64,000 nt of DNA from Camelus ferus (taxonomy: Eukaryota), in the NCBI RefSeq assembly GCF_009834535.1, contig NC_045696.1, positions 22,818,001 through 22,882,000 on the forward strand, written 5' to 3'. Positions 12,746 to 26,470 of this stretch are shown piece by piece (the first letter of the stretch is position 1; every line of letters starts with the position of its first letter). A model generated the notes under the pieces. It did no database searches, was not told the DNA's origin, and worked only from the letters and a program-made list of their open reading frames with translations. A program made the position numbers and the translations under genes.

Positions 12746-15360
12746 AAGCACAGGAGAGTTAAAAGAAAACACTGGGAAAATTTGTGTGTGCTCTGAATTC
12801 TCTTCCACAATTTAGTATAAGGGTATTTTTCAACACAGCCTTATAACATCCTTTGCAGAGCATAATGCAGGTATTAAAAGAGAAATTATTTTAGACCAAT
12901 GGTCTTCAATATGATATAACAAAACAAAACTTTATATTTATTTTATATTAAAATAGAAAAGAAGGAAGTCCAGTTTTACTGAAATTTAATGTACAGATTG
13001 ACATGTGTGCTCCCACTTGTCCATGGGTGGTCTGAGGGTCTCAGGCACTGACTGACGGCATTCAGGATATGTTGGAGGAAGAGAGTGTGGAAGTTCAGCA
13101 AGTCAGTGGCATCCACTTGATTAACCCGGCTTCTGCCCCCTATAATAAATCTTAAACTATACGTTTATCACCTGTTTTTTTTAAAACTGCCTTTCTGCAA
13201 TCTTAAAAAGTAAACTAGATAACAGAATTTTGTAACTGATTTTCCAAAAAGTCTTCCAAGTGAACATCTTCATTTGAGTTGGTGAACTGAGTCACATCCA
13301 TGGGTGCCATGGGTGAAGGTGTGGACGGAAAACTAGAGAAGTAGAGAAAGGAGTGGGAGAGGGGGAGACACAGACAAATAAATAGATTGCTGGAGAGAAA
13401 GAATGTGTTTAGAAGAACAGCAATGATTCAACACATGTGATTCAACTGCCTCTTACATAGAAATGCAGTGTGAAAGTTTTGAGGCTATAGAAAAGAACAC
13501 AAACTTTCTGCAAGTTATGGAATACATGGTTTGACACACAGGTTTGGGCTTCCCAATAATGAAATATTATCTATAATCAAGTAATTATGAATATCTGGTT
13601 AATGGAAATAAGAATTCACTTTGCCTGGAGAGGTCCAAATAATGGTGAAATTAGAGTTGGCTATTGCTGGTTGTGAAGTTTTCTAGACTGAAAAAAAAAA
13701 AAAAAAAAGGCATTGCCAGGAGAGGGATTTACTGTGTGCAAGTATCAGAGGTAGAGAAGAGGGTATTTGGTGGTTATTTTGGTGTAGTCAGAGATCATGA
13801 TACTTGATGGAAGAGATAGAGATTCTGGGGTGTTCCACATATTATGGATTAGAAAATAGTTAGCATTTCTCGAACACTGAAAAACCACAACAGGAACAAT
13901 CTACCAGAGTCAAGTAAATTGTCATATTCTACCAACTCCTTATGAATAAAACTGCTCTTTGGCCCTGGAAACGTATTGTTTCAAACTTTTACACTTGACA
14001 CTGCCTACCCTTTATTTCTGAGTTCAACAAATCATTTGATTTTAGCTGTTTTCTTCTACAGTATATTCATTTGCAGATTTTTATGTATCAGCTTGCATTC
14101 CAAATATTTCACAGCTGTTTAATTCCATCATTTGACTTAAAAAGTTGCTTGACCTTAGAGGGAGAATTTCAGCTCTCAAAAACCTGTGGTCTTGTAAAGA
14201 ACAATCCGTTTCTAAGACAGCTACAACCTGTTTGTCTGCAGTTTTTTTCCCCATGGATAAATGGGTTACTGTAAAAAAAAAAAAAAACAAAACCCTGCAA
14301 TAATAGCTATCTAAGGTAAATATTAATCTTAGAAGTTAAGCTATTTTACAACCTAAAAATAAATAAAATGTATAGAGAAGCAGCAGCAGCCACAGTACAC
14401 ACACACACACACAGCATTCACTGTTCTAAAATTTTCCAAAGAAATTATTTAACTTACTTCGTAAAGTTCTTCTTTTAGGTCAAATATCCTGATTATTTGT
14501 AGCTTGAGGAGGCAGGCGAAATGTCCCAAATCGTCACAATTATGAGCTTCAGTCTGTCTTGAAGCAGGAAATTTGTCTCGACCTCTGGCACCAAAGAGGA
14601 TTTTGTAAGAAAATATGTTGTCTGGATGTCACAACTTTGTAATCACCTTTCAAATAATTGTAGTAGCAAATACGAGTTATAGAACTAACTCAGCCGAAGG
14701 GTGGGAGAGGTCCTGCCTTCTCCAGGGTGCGTGTTCTCCCAGCTGTCCTGCTCTTTCCCCTTGGCGCAGGTCAGATTCATAAGAGCATCTTCTGGGACAT
14801 GGAGTTGCTTGGCATTGAGAAATCCATCAAGCCTGGACAACTGATTTCCCTCCCATGTCAGGATTTAACACTGAGAATACAGCTGCTGCCTCACAAAAAG
14901 CAGAGCAGATTTTTAATAAATATTTAATTATTGTGTCAATACTCTGTCTCCTTTGCATGGATACTTGAGAGTGAGTATTTGAACTCGTTTGAAAGTAATT
15001 TACTCTATGAATGGCTTTGCTATCTCATATGACTGTACTGAATTTCTGGTAGAACACTTCAGAGACTACAGTAAAGACTGTATTCTGTGTTTCTGAATTT
15101 AACTTTGACTACCAGTAAGTGAGAACAGAGTTTTTGAATAATCAATTGTTTTTTAAGAATCAAAATGAAATGAGGAGGTTTTGTTTTATTTTATATATAT
15201 AAAAGATGAAAAATAAAAAAAAGATTTCTAACACATGGAAATACAAAATCTCTAAATTACATCAGGGGAGATTTCTATGGTGAATTCAGAGATGAAAATA
15301 TAGCTGTTGGGGAAAACAAAAACACATTTAAGTTGCTCTGTGGTTTGCAATGGACTTATT

Positions 15361-15572
15361 TTGCAAATTATAACCACTATATATAAAAACAGACCAAAAC
15401 AAGTTTCTTTTGTATAGCACAGGGAACCATATTCAATATCTTGTAATATCCTTTAATGAAAAAGAATATGAAAACAAATATATATGCATGACTGGGACAT
15501 TATGCTGCACACCAGAAATTGACACATTGTAACTGACTATACTTCAATAAAAAATTAATTAAGAAAAAATAG
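15361..15572 (+). mobile_element. Short 5'-truncated young camelid L1 3' end
   Basis: Same 3' UTR as the copies at 22.4 kb and 36.8 kb (acaccagaaattgacacattgtaactgactatacttcaat). TSD atggacttatt 15350-15360 / atgggcttatt 15573-15583. Confidence 0.88.
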
Positions 15573-16424
15573 ATGGGCTTATTACCATAAGAGTACTCTC
15601 TCAGAATAGTAACATAACAGCCACAGCTTCTCCTTTGGCCTTTACAAAGAGATCAAGAATGAACTATTTTATCGTCTTCCAATTTTCATTGAATTATAAC
15701 ACTTCAAAATTGTATGGAGGAATTGTGAGGAGGAAAAAAAAAAACATTAAAACAACAGCTAAGGATCAAATTAACAGTGTCTCTTTGAAAAGTACTGCCC
15801 AGAGCCTGTGACTTCACCAGGGAAAAGCAGAGATGGAATAGCATTTGAGGTAAAAATGATGCATTTTATTACCTTTGTCTCCCCAGAAGCTCCTTATTGA
15901 AAATCCACTCAAAGGAAATATATATAAAAACCAGTAAAGCTACAATCCTTTAGAAATGTTTGTAGTACTACCTAATAAAATTTCCACAGGTCCAGAAAGC
16001 ATTTTGTCTTATACAAAAATGGGACAATAAGCAAAAGCTTCATGAAATTTATAGCATCAGGCAATTTACCTGAGTTACTCATTCAGTCAGGAAGAGGAAG
16101 CACAGGGTTCTTTCTAGCAGGAGGAATTAATTAAGATGACTCAAGTGAAATCCTGTGAGGGGTCTGCGGAGATGGCTGATATTTGAATAGGACTTTTCTC
16201 AATAGCTAAAAGCTTTATGGTGCACTGTGTGATAAGTTGGAATGTTTAGTCCTTGTCGTCATGATCATTTCTGTATTTGCATGTGGATGGCTAAACTTAA
16301 TCTATTTAAACACACTACCAATAGTTTAACAGGACCAAAATGGTGTCTCAGTTTTGTCAATTTAGTAACACTTGTCTAACTGGAATAAATTGCTCAATTG
16401 GATCAATCTGTGAAATAATACAGA

Positions 16425-16510
16425 GGCAGTAGAGGGTAGTAGGGTTAGTATAGAGTAGAGTGGAGTAATGGACTGGACTGGATGGACTAGAGTAAAGTCG
16501 TGAGCAGAGC
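16425..16510. repeat. Degenerate pentamer repeat (AGTAG/GACTG)n
   Basis: gtagagggtagtagggttagtatagagtagagtggagtaatggactggactggatggactagagta. Confidence 0.6.
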
Positions 16511-16533
16511 AAGATATCTGTTATAAGAATGGG

Positions 16534-17892
16534 CAAAACCACCTACCTAATATTTGTGGAGTCTGAGGCAAGAGTGAAATATGGACACACATACATCTAA
16601 ATATCTAAATATTTACAAGTTACATTTCTAGCTAACCAAATGTTAAGCAACATATTTTATCATAAACAACTGAATAATAGCAAACCAGAAAATATGTTTA
16701 AATCTATGGTTTTTGAATGACTGAGTCATCCAAATACTAGAAATTGCTAAATTCAATTTTTAATGCATATAGCTGGATATTCTGTTGATTGACTAAGGAT
16801 ATCTGGGTAAGTATGAAGTCAACATGTATAATTCATAAATTATTATATTTGTATCCCATACATAAAATTTTTGCCTTTGTTTCAGGAAAATCATGAATTG
16901 TGGTATTATTACAAAGATATTCACATAATTTGTGTTCTAATGACATCTAATGATCTAACGAACTAAAATAATAATATTTAATTATATTCAGAGTTCACAA
17001 TAGTTGAATTATTTTCATCAAGAAATATACACTAAAGCAAAAATAAAAATTAAATCACATTGTCTTTCATATATGCTTCAGAAAGTTATTTTTTCCTCTA
17101 AAACACTTGTATATGCATCAGAAAGTTATTTTTTACTCTCAAACATTTCTCTACTGAAACTATGGGCAAGATACAAATTATACTGATGAATATAATTTTA
17201 AATCTAGATTTTTTTTTATACAACTGAGTTTTTAATTTAAATATTTTGTATTAACTTTGGAGTATAATTGATAAAAATATTAAATTACTATTCTGTAAAC
17301 CTGAAACTAATATAATTCAACTATACTTCAATAAAATTAATTGAATTCTACTAAATTATTTTATGAAAATAAAACTATTCATGATTCTAACATTCAGTAG
17401 TAATCCAGATGGCCATGTGGCAAACAACGTTACATTCCACATACACCTATTGCAAATATGATCCGTCTTGAAAACCCCCATACTATAAATTGGAATACTG
17501 AGAAATTATTTTTTTTTAGGTAAGAATTTGTTGCAATCCTGTTGAGAGAAGCGTTTTGCAATTGTCTTTCTCTTTTCCCCTCGCCTACGTGCTTCAGCTG
17601 ATTACATTCTCCCTAGTCTGAGTCATGTCTGTCTCCTGTGTCAGCAGACCGACAACCCACGATCATGGCTTTGGAAATAGGACGTAAAGAAAAATGTGTA
17701 CAGGAGCATTTTTCTGAGGTCCAAGCAGTATACGGTCAAGAGAGCAGTTGTTCTGGATTGTAAGTGGTGCTGTTCCAGAAAAAGGGGCACCCATGTGTTT
17801 TTAATAATTTATTTTGTGTGTATCTCTGTGACGTGTGTCCTACCAAGGCATTGGGCAAGGGCCACTGTTGCCCAAGCCAAAGGGCGGCACTA
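16534..17892 (-). mobile_element. hAT-Tip100 (Zaphod/MER115-like) DNA transposon remnant
   Basis: Left end (taatatttgtggagtctgaggcaagagt...atctaaatatttacaagtta) and right end (reverse complement agtgccgccctttggcttgggcaa) resemble recalled MER115/Zaphod termini; AT-rich interior. Confidence 0.5.
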
Positions 17893-18529
17893 TATAGGAT
17901 CTGGCCTTGGACTGCCAGCATTGAATTAGGGTTTCACCGTTTTATTAGAGGAATACACCGGGCTTTCGTATGCACCTTTGCTGACCCTTCCAGCCACACC
18001 TTCCCTGGGGCCTTTGGCAGACGTTTCGTCCGAACCACGGCCATAGCAATGGTCTGCGCATGCGCACGGGCTTCAGCTGCTTCAGAAGGAAGCAAATCAA
18101 CTCTACCTGGAGTCTTCCTCCTGCAGTGCCCTCCTCTGAAGTATTCCTGTTGATGAAAAGACATAAAATGCAAGGGGATCCTTTGGACAACTGTGCTTGC
18201 CCCCTACAGAAATAAATGTAGGAAAAAATTTGACCCATGAGACATATGAACCCGTGAATAATTCTTCCCCTCTCCTCTTCTTCAAAGGATAGATAGTCCT
18301 GAGATGCATTCATTGTAAAGCTTCTCAGAAGATGCCTGAGGGGCCCAGACAGTTGCACTTGCTGGCAAGTGCCGACCAGCTCAGCAGCGCTACCTTAAAC
18401 TGACTCTCTCCTTCCAGTCTCAGTCCTTTTTCCTAATTCCTGTTGCTTCGGTTTTGTATTACCTGATAAAATTTCAGCACATAATCCTTTACCTCAGACT
18501 CTACTTTTAGAGGAATCCAGGCTAAGAAA
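17891..18529 (+). mobile_element. ERVL-class solo LTR
   Basis: The 3' end aatcctttacctcagactctacttttagaggaatccaggctaaga is typical of LTR16/LTR33-group ends; GC-richer interior. Confidence 0.65.
18055..18066. promoter_or_regulatory. Perfect NRF1 palindrome TGCGCATGCGCA
   Basis: Exact 12-bp match to the NRF1 consensus inside a local CpG cluster; function not shown. Confidence 0.5.
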
Positions 18530-18530
18530 C

Positions 18531-18690
18531 TACATAACCTTGGGTAAATAAACTCCTCTGTATTTCAATGTCCTGATATGGAAATGGGTAATAATGGCAC
18601 TCATCTCTTGGGGTAACTGCACTGCCCAAATGCATTTATAATAAAAAAATTCTTAGAACATTTCCTGACACACAGTAAGCAGAACCCGAG
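18531..18690 (+). mobile_element. MIR
   Basis: accttgggtaaat...tggaaatgggtaataat...cttagaacatttcctgacacacagtaagc. Confidence 0.7.
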
Positions 18691-18794
18691 GCAAAATTTT
18701 ATGTACCAATCATGTTTACATCTCCTTTTCCCAGTTGCAGAATTTTTTTTTTTCACAGAGAGGCCAATATTCCTAGTTCCATAATGTTTTTTTT

Positions 18795-19760
18795 TCATTC
18801 ACGTACATATGGTGAGCATAATACTTGCACTAGACACTATGCTGTATACCAGAAATTTTGATAAAAAATACAGCCTTTCTTTTAGACAAGATCTTAGCCT
18901 TGTGGAGGAGGCAGAGAAATAAAAAAGCAATAAATACAGAGCAATAAATACTGACAGAGATAGTCACAACACTATGGAAACGAGAGGCTTGAAAACTCAT
19001 TTTAAATGAAACTGTAGCTTAGCTAAATTTTCAGGATCACACAGTAGTTAACTGAAATAAGTAAAGTATTGAGATTATTTCAGAGAGAAAGCAATGAATG
19101 TATAAGCATTGCAGAGATATGAAAAAGAGGAGTACATTCAGGTACTACAAGAGTATAGGCAGGTATTTTTATATGTAAAGCTCAAAATGGGGAGAAGGAA
19201 AAAGTAAAACTGAAAAGTAGCAAGGGCAACATTATGAAGAGTTGTGTATATTATCCTAAGATGTTAGTTTTTATCTTAAAGACATTCTGGAGCCATAGAG
19301 AGAATTTAAGTAGAAGAGAGACTTTTCGGGGAAAAAAAAATCCCTCTGTGATGGTAGAATGAACTGGACGGGGCAACACAGGAGGCTGGAGTCAGTGACT
19401 CAGACCAAAAAGTGACCTGAACCCAAGAAGTGGCAAAGAGGGTAGGGATGGAGAGGAAGGAACTGATTTGAATTTTATTAAACAGCTAAATAGACACACA
19501 GGTAAACAGATAAAGGTATGATAGATAGGTAGGTAGATAACAAATAAATAGGGATAGGTAGGTATTTATGACAGGTATTAAAGACAGATAGGTATTTATG
19601 TATACATAACTATATACAGATGTGTACGGTGACTTATGGAGTGGTAGATTGAGAAAGAATTCCATACCATTCTCAGATCTTGGCTTCGAAGTGGTAGAAG
19701 ATGGTACCAATAATTAGTTTAGGGCACATCAGAGGAGGGGTCATAGGGAAGAGAGTGGTA
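18795..19760 (-). mobile_element. L2 fragment with internal degenerate (GATA/GGTA)n at ~19490-19610
   Basis: ttcattca...tgagcataatacttgcactagacactatgct is an antisense L2 3' end, followed by the purine-rich L2 body. Confidence 0.65.
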
Positions 19761-21867
19761 CTGTAAAAATGTTATCAGAGGCTTTGAAGAAGTTTTTTGT
19801 TTTTTTTTTGAAAGTCTATTCATAGACTTTAATATATAACTAAATACAAATAAACACTAGCTTTTTAAGTTCTTTGACCTTATACATTCAGCCAAGAAAA
19901 TCGGAACAAATTTGCTTTGTTTTCATTACTCTTTTCTAATTTTCCACAGACTCAGGAAAGAGAAACAACTTCAAAATGTCAATAAACAATTATCTGAATT
20001 ACAAAGAGGAAAAACAATAGGAGCACTTGACAGTCTCCATATACTTAGAGCCTTTAAAAATGTGTTAATGATAGATATCATAGATGATAAATATATTACA
20101 GTGATTTAAAATAATTTGACATAGAGAATGTTCTGTTGGAAGCTACAGAGATCCTTCAGGAAAGGACACCTAGGAATTTAAGCTGATATTTAAGCTGAAA
20201 TCTGAAAGATGAAGAAGACGCAGCCATGTAAAGGCAAGGGAATTTTGTAGAGAGTCATGTTATATAGACAATTTAACTGAAATATCTCTAAAAACATACT
20301 GTTCTATGGAAATTATAGCCTCCACAAGGAAATGCTTAGAAATTATTTCAGTAGCATGGCTTCTAGAAACTGAAGCCAAGCGCTCAAAAATAAAATTCAC
20401 CTTCTTAAACACATTCAAAAATTGTACGCTTGGGCAAAAGACCAACTTAGAACTGGATCCCCAGACTTTGGTTAATTATGAAAATGTCAGAGTTCCATAG
20501 ACTATGGCACAGAAGTCACCCACGGAGTTCGTTAGGCTAACTTGTGGTGTCTATTAGGCTACAGAAATGTCTCAACAGTGTGGGAAAATACAAGTTAAAC
20601 ATATTTTAAGACGTATAATTTCATATCCCAGAGTACATGCTATGGATTTCATTTAATCGGTATCAAAACCAGAAGGCCATTATCAAATGAAAATAAAACT
20701 CTGTGCCCTGTATAAATTCTGACTCTTACACAAGCAGTATAAAAACTTAAATAAATGTATTATAGCCCTGAGTTCATGGGAGCCAAATGAACTGGCTGTT
20801 TGAAAATGTGCAAGTTTCAGCACTGCCATCTTCGATGGGATCAGTTCTAAAATAAATACCAGTTAACAGTCTCCCCTATTAATCTCATGTGTAATCACCA
20901 GCTGTTGGTTGAAATTAACATCTATTTTCTTTTAGTTTTCTATGCCCCAATCTCAAAATCACTGAAATAATTGGAAATAACTGAACAAAGATAACAGTAG
21001 TAAAACACTCATATACACAACCTATCAACATAACTGCAAACAGCAGAGCAATATAACCTACACGCTTCTAACACCTATTCCCTGTCTAGCTCCAAGTTCA
21101 CCTGGCGACTATTGCATTAACATGCACGTATTACATACCTAGCACATTGTGGGTATTTGCTGAATGGATGATTAAGATGGAAAACACACAATAGCAGCCC
21201 TCAAAATACTTTCAATCTAATAAGCTTCATTCGAAGTTCTTGAGGCGAATTCTTATAAATTTAATGATAGGCTACTCTTTTAAAAGCTCATTAGTTATTA
21301 CAGACATATTTAGAAGCCAATGGATATATTTACTTAGATACTGGTCAAGTGGCTGAAATATTGAGAGAATCTGATTAATTAAGAAATCTGAAGCTTGGAG
21401 CAGGGTAGAAATGCATTATAAATATAGGGGTAGTGAATATTAATGAATCTGTGTCTTAAATTTTTCCCAGTATGAGAACCAGCTGCAGTATGCATTAATA
21501 TATATACTATAAAAAAATCTTGGTCTCAAAAAAAAAAAAAAAGAAATAGTCAAACAACTGAGTTTTGGATTAAAAAAAAAAATTGATCTCCATAGAAAAA
21601 TCCACCCCACACACCAAAACTAATTTTAAATTTTTATGAATTTTAGTATTTTCTCTTGTTGCTTAAAAATGACTTCTATGATGTAGAGTAATTTTAGATC
21701 AAAATTTCATTTTAAAAAATTGCAATCATCTTTAGAGTCCTCCTTTGTTAAACCTTCCTGGCAAATTTTTCTGAACAGCATTCTCTTCTTTCCTCATCCT
21801 GTACTACTTAGTTTTTTGTTCTGTTTGGTTTTGGGTTTGGGTTTTGTTTTTTTTTTTAACGGCCTAA

Positions 21868-22135
21868 GCTAATACTTACATAATGCCTCATCTACACCAG
21901 ACACTGTTCTTTAAGTATCTTGATTTACAAATGTGAATCATATTGATTCATTTAAGCTTCATTTAGATTATAAAAGGCAAATGCATTATTTTTATCCCGG
22001 TTTTATAGATGAGGAAACTGAAAGGTGGTTTAAGTCCAGAGGTACCCAGATTGTAAGTAGGTGGTAAAAAAAAGGGTTTGACTACAGGAGAATGGCTCCT
22101 AAATCCACATGTGAATCTACTACGCTCTACTGCCT
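21868..22135 (-). mobile_element. MIR
   Basis: ttttatagatgaggaaactgaa core, antisense. Confidence 0.7.
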
Positions 22136-22367
22136 CTTTTTGAACCTTGTAATTGCTTATGAACCATGATACTATCTTTTACATCATGAGTTTCTCTTCT
22201 ACACTGGAGACTCATGATAAAAACTTGCATTTTTTCATCTTTGTCTTCAGAGCCAATTATGATATCCTATGATATCCATTACCTTGTAGGTAGGCAAAAA
22301 TATTTGTTAAATAAATGAATTAATAACTTTGACTGGAAGGAGCATCCTTGTCAAGAATACATAGTTT

Positions 22368-22844
22368 ATATATATGTATATATATTCTTTTTTAAATCGA
22401 AGTATAGTCGGTTATAATGTGTCAGTTTCTGGTGTACAGCACAATGTGCTAATCATGAGTATACATACATATATTTGTTTTCATATTCTTTTTCATTAAA
22501 GATTATTACAAGATATTGAATACAGTTCCCTGTGCTACACAGAAGAAATTTGTTTTTTTTTTATCTATTTTTATATATAGTGGTTAACATTTGCAAATCT
22601 CAAACTCCCAAATTTATCCCTTCTCACCCTCTTTCCTCTGGTAACCATAAGATTGTTTACTATGTCTGCGAATCTGTTTCTGTTTTGTAGATGAGTTCAT
22701 TAATGTTCTTTTTTTGTTCTTTTTTTAGATTCCACATATGAATAATATCTGTTTTTCTTTCTCTTTCTGGCTTACTTCACTTAGAATGATACAATGGAAT
22801 GCTACTCAGCCATAAAAAATAAAATAATGCCATTTGCAGCAACA
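22368..22844 (-). mobile_element. Young camelid L1 3' end with ~56-bp 5' inversion
   Basis: Minus-strand 3' UTR to ~22789, then plus-strand ORF2 piece 22789-22844. TSD caagaatacatagttt 22352-22367 / caagaatacctagttt 22843-22858. Confidence 0.92.
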
Positions 22845-23959
22845 AGAATACCTAGTTTTTAAGGTTTCCATAAAGAAGTGAAATTTGCAAATATGATAAT
22901 ACTATCAGACTAAGTATTGATTCTTGAAACTTTCCAAAATTGTCATCATATACAATGGTTATTTACTGATGATCAACTTTCTGTAAAAGGAATAAAATGT
23001 GGCAGAAGAAAAAGTTCATTTGCTAGATAAGCACTATTTCCTATTCTTCTAAATATGGAACAAGATTTTTTTGAGTTAAATTTTCAGTCTGACATGTACT
23101 CTAATTCTTTTCTTTTCCTTAAATTCACTGTGAGTATAAATTCTGCTCAAGAGAAGCTACTCTATTTTCAACCACTGAAGCCAGATTCCTTTTTTGTTTT
23201 GTTTTGTTTCTTTCCTGCCATTGTTGTTTTCTCAGCAGGTTACAGTTGGCATTTTGTTGCTTTCAGCTATAATATAAGTTGTCTGTTTCCCAAACCAGTT
23301 TTTCTCACTCTTTTAACCATGGGTTTTCTACTACTTTTCATGCCTTAAATATAACCTGCTCAGATAAACTGCATACGTTCTTGACCCTCAGTTCTTTGTT
23401 ATGTGAGACCTTTTGGATAAAAGAAGCAGAAATGGAAACAGAGGATAGTGCACCCTCTGGGCGAGTGCCATCAGGTGACATCAGGGTCTGGTCCAGGTTA
23501 AGTGATTCCAGAGTATCTGTAACCACAAAGTTTCCTCTACATTCTTCCAGTACAGGGCACTACTCCTTTCTCAGGAAACAAATACTTCCATAAGTAAGAT
23601 TTTTTTTTCCCATTCAAAATGTGTTGAATGACTGCTTAATTTTTCTCTTCATTCTCTGTTTTATTTCTGGCTCTTCTGTTTCTCCTGGTTGTATCAAGGA
23701 GAAATAATTCAATTCAATTCAATTCTGATGGTCCCCAAGTACACAGTGTTGCTTTGTAGGATCACCAGTGAGAGATGGGGAGGGTAGAGCTGAGGCTGCT
23801 TCACCAAGTTAGAGAGTCAGATTTGTAATGGGCCTTTCAGGTATACATTGAATATTTGGTTAAGAAAAATATTTTATGGTGAATCTGTAGTTTACAAAAC
23901 CTGGACAGACTCATGGAGAGTGGGAATATAGAAGAAATTCTAATTTAAAAAATTTTACC

Positions 23960-24360
23960 TTGACTTTTTAGTTACTAAAATGCTACATGCTCTTTGTAAA
24001 ACATTTAGAAAATATGGAAAAGCAGAAAAGAGAAAATGAAGATAACCCATAATCCTCCTACCCACAAGTAAACACTGTTAATATGTTAATATAAACTTTC
24101 AGATTATTTTGTGTGCATATACAAATGATTAAGACCTGTAAACATTTTTATTACCTATTTTGTTTTACAATTATGAACAATTTCCCAAAGCATTCAATAT
24201 TGTCCTAAAGCATATTTAAGTGGCTGCAAAATACTTTGTCATATAAGCTATACACTGTAATTACCAAACTCTACTTCTGTGTGTATTTGATTTATTTGGT
24301 TATTTCCCAGTTTTTGAACATTATTTTAAAATAACCACCATAATGAAGGTCTCAAACACC
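23960..24360 (-). mobile_element. Old L1 (L1ME-like) 3' fragment
   Basis: tttagaaaatatggaaaagcag...cccataatcctcctaccca...cactgttaatatgtt resembles L1ME 3' sequence. Confidence 0.5.
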
Positions 24361-26109
24361 TCTGATGTTCCCCCCACCATGATCTGGATCTCACTACTGA
24401 TTCCAGCAACAACTGTAATCAACAGTTCTGTTTGGGCTCCAGTTTGCTATAGGCTGATAGTATCTCTCCTAAAGCAGCAGTCTTTTTTATGACTGTGAGG
24501 CCAAGGATGCCCAGAAATTGGCACAATCCCTAAAGACTGTAGAGGGATGGAGAACAGAGGTAATAATGCCTGCAAAGTAGCCCTCAACCAAATGGAGATG
24601 AGCCGTCATGGATGGGCGCTTCTCCCAGCTGATCCTTGCGAGAACTCTGAGAGGTACTCTACTGGCTCTCGAAGAATTCCCAAGTGGGAGGAAGTCCTAG
24701 CTGGTGACCTTGACAACAGACCCTGAAAGCTTTTTCTCCATCCTTCATGTTCTCCTCCCCTACATTCCTGCATCCTAGTTTTACTACACAAACACAAGTC
24801 CTGTTCTCAGGCTCTACCAGGGGTAAGGAGAACCAGGCAGTTCAACTTGCATCCTCTCTACAATTCTTTGTGCGTATTTCTAATTATTTCCATGGACCGA
24901 TTGCTACAGATAGAGTTGCAGAGGTGAAAGCTATGAACAGAACTTAAAACCAGAATTTTGATACATATTACACATTGGTAAATTTTAATGAAACAGAAAA
25001 GTACCCATTGCCTAAAATATTTCTCTTACATTGATTTATTTTTATTTTTATTTTTTAACTTGAAAATGTTACTCTGTATTTATTCAGCAAATATCAATTT
25101 TACTATCTTTGGGGTAATCTTTAATCTTAGAAAAGTTATCCAAGGAACAGATATTTGCTGTCTAAACTCCATGACAATGCCTCTGATTTCTATGAAATGT
25201 TTTTCTCAACCAAGAATTTCACTGACCTTTCAGACTCAAACATAATTAATCTTCTCAGAAAGAATAAAATGCCACAATAAAAGTTGTCAGCATTGCATTT
25301 CTACTCTTTTAGAAAATCGGGAGAATTCACCTTTGTTGAGAGATACCTATTAGTAAAATTTTCCATTGCCAATTCTCAATGACTTACTATCTGGTTTATA
25401 ATATAATCTCCCTGTGAAATGTATTTAAAAGCAGGATATTTATGTGAATCCCTATGTAAGGGCTCTGCTTCCTTTCCCTTGGAGGCTCAACCTCATCATC
25501 CCCTAGACAGCTAAGGTGCAGCGCCATAATTTTCAATCCACCTGCTCTAGCTCACAGCCAGTGTTTCTGTGATTACATCACAGCCCCTTGGTGATAAGCT
25601 GTTCCATGTATTCTGGTCAGCAATGCTTTACAGCAGGTGCTACTAGAGCTCAAGGTTAATGAGGGCCTTTCCCTAAGGAAATTGACTCCTTTTACTTGAA
25701 AGGGAATCCAACTGTATACAGTCTGTTAGGCTTTCTTGAACATCATTTTATTATTGCCCTCATGGTGCTAGATTTTTATTTTATAAGAATTATGTGTGTC
25801 TTTAAGTAATCTGTGTATAAATACAAATGTTCTTTATCTGTCAATGTTGACAGTTTATATATTTTAGATAACATACTTAGTCATGCAACTTTTATTTGAC
25901 TAGGTGCATGGTTATGGGTTCTTTGAATTCCTTTGTGGCATCCTTTAACAATAAGATAGCCAATATTATTGCCTACATCTTTAATTTTTATTGCATATAT
26001 ACATTCTTTTTTCCCCACAAGGATATAAGATATCTCAAAAACAAGGCATAGGTATAAATGGAAATGGAAAAATAACATTAGAACCATGGTAAAAAGAAAA
26101 ATATAACTC

Positions 26110-26470
26110 TACCACTCTAATGATTAATGTGGGTGCTGTGACCACTGTGGTGTCAATAAAGCCAAGAAGAAAAAGTGTTTCAAGTAGGAAGGGATGGAAA
26201 ACCTTGTCAAATGCTGCTGGGAGGTCTGGGGAGATGTGAACATAGAAGTGTGCCTTGGAGTGGGCATCCTGAAGGTTGTAAATGACGTTGGCAAGATTAG
26301 CCTAAATGACATTTTATGGGCCATGTCGGGGTGAAGCCAGATTGGTGTGCTTTGAAAAGCGAATAGTTGTTGGGAAAGGAGAGACAGTAAATGTTGATGA
26401 CTCTTTTGAAAAGGTTTATGTTGAACGGGATTAGAGTGAGATAGGAATATAGCTGAAATACAGTATGCAG
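26110..26470 (-). mobile_element. L2 fragment
   Basis: gtcaaatgctgctgggaggtc...gaagccagattg...ttgatgactcttttgaaaag are L2 body motifs. Confidence 0.65.

Noticed and set aside
17696..18358. Cluster of overlapping ORFs up to 137 aa
   Set aside because: Lies in GC-richer transposon/LTR sequence where stops are rarer; no protein similarity recognised.
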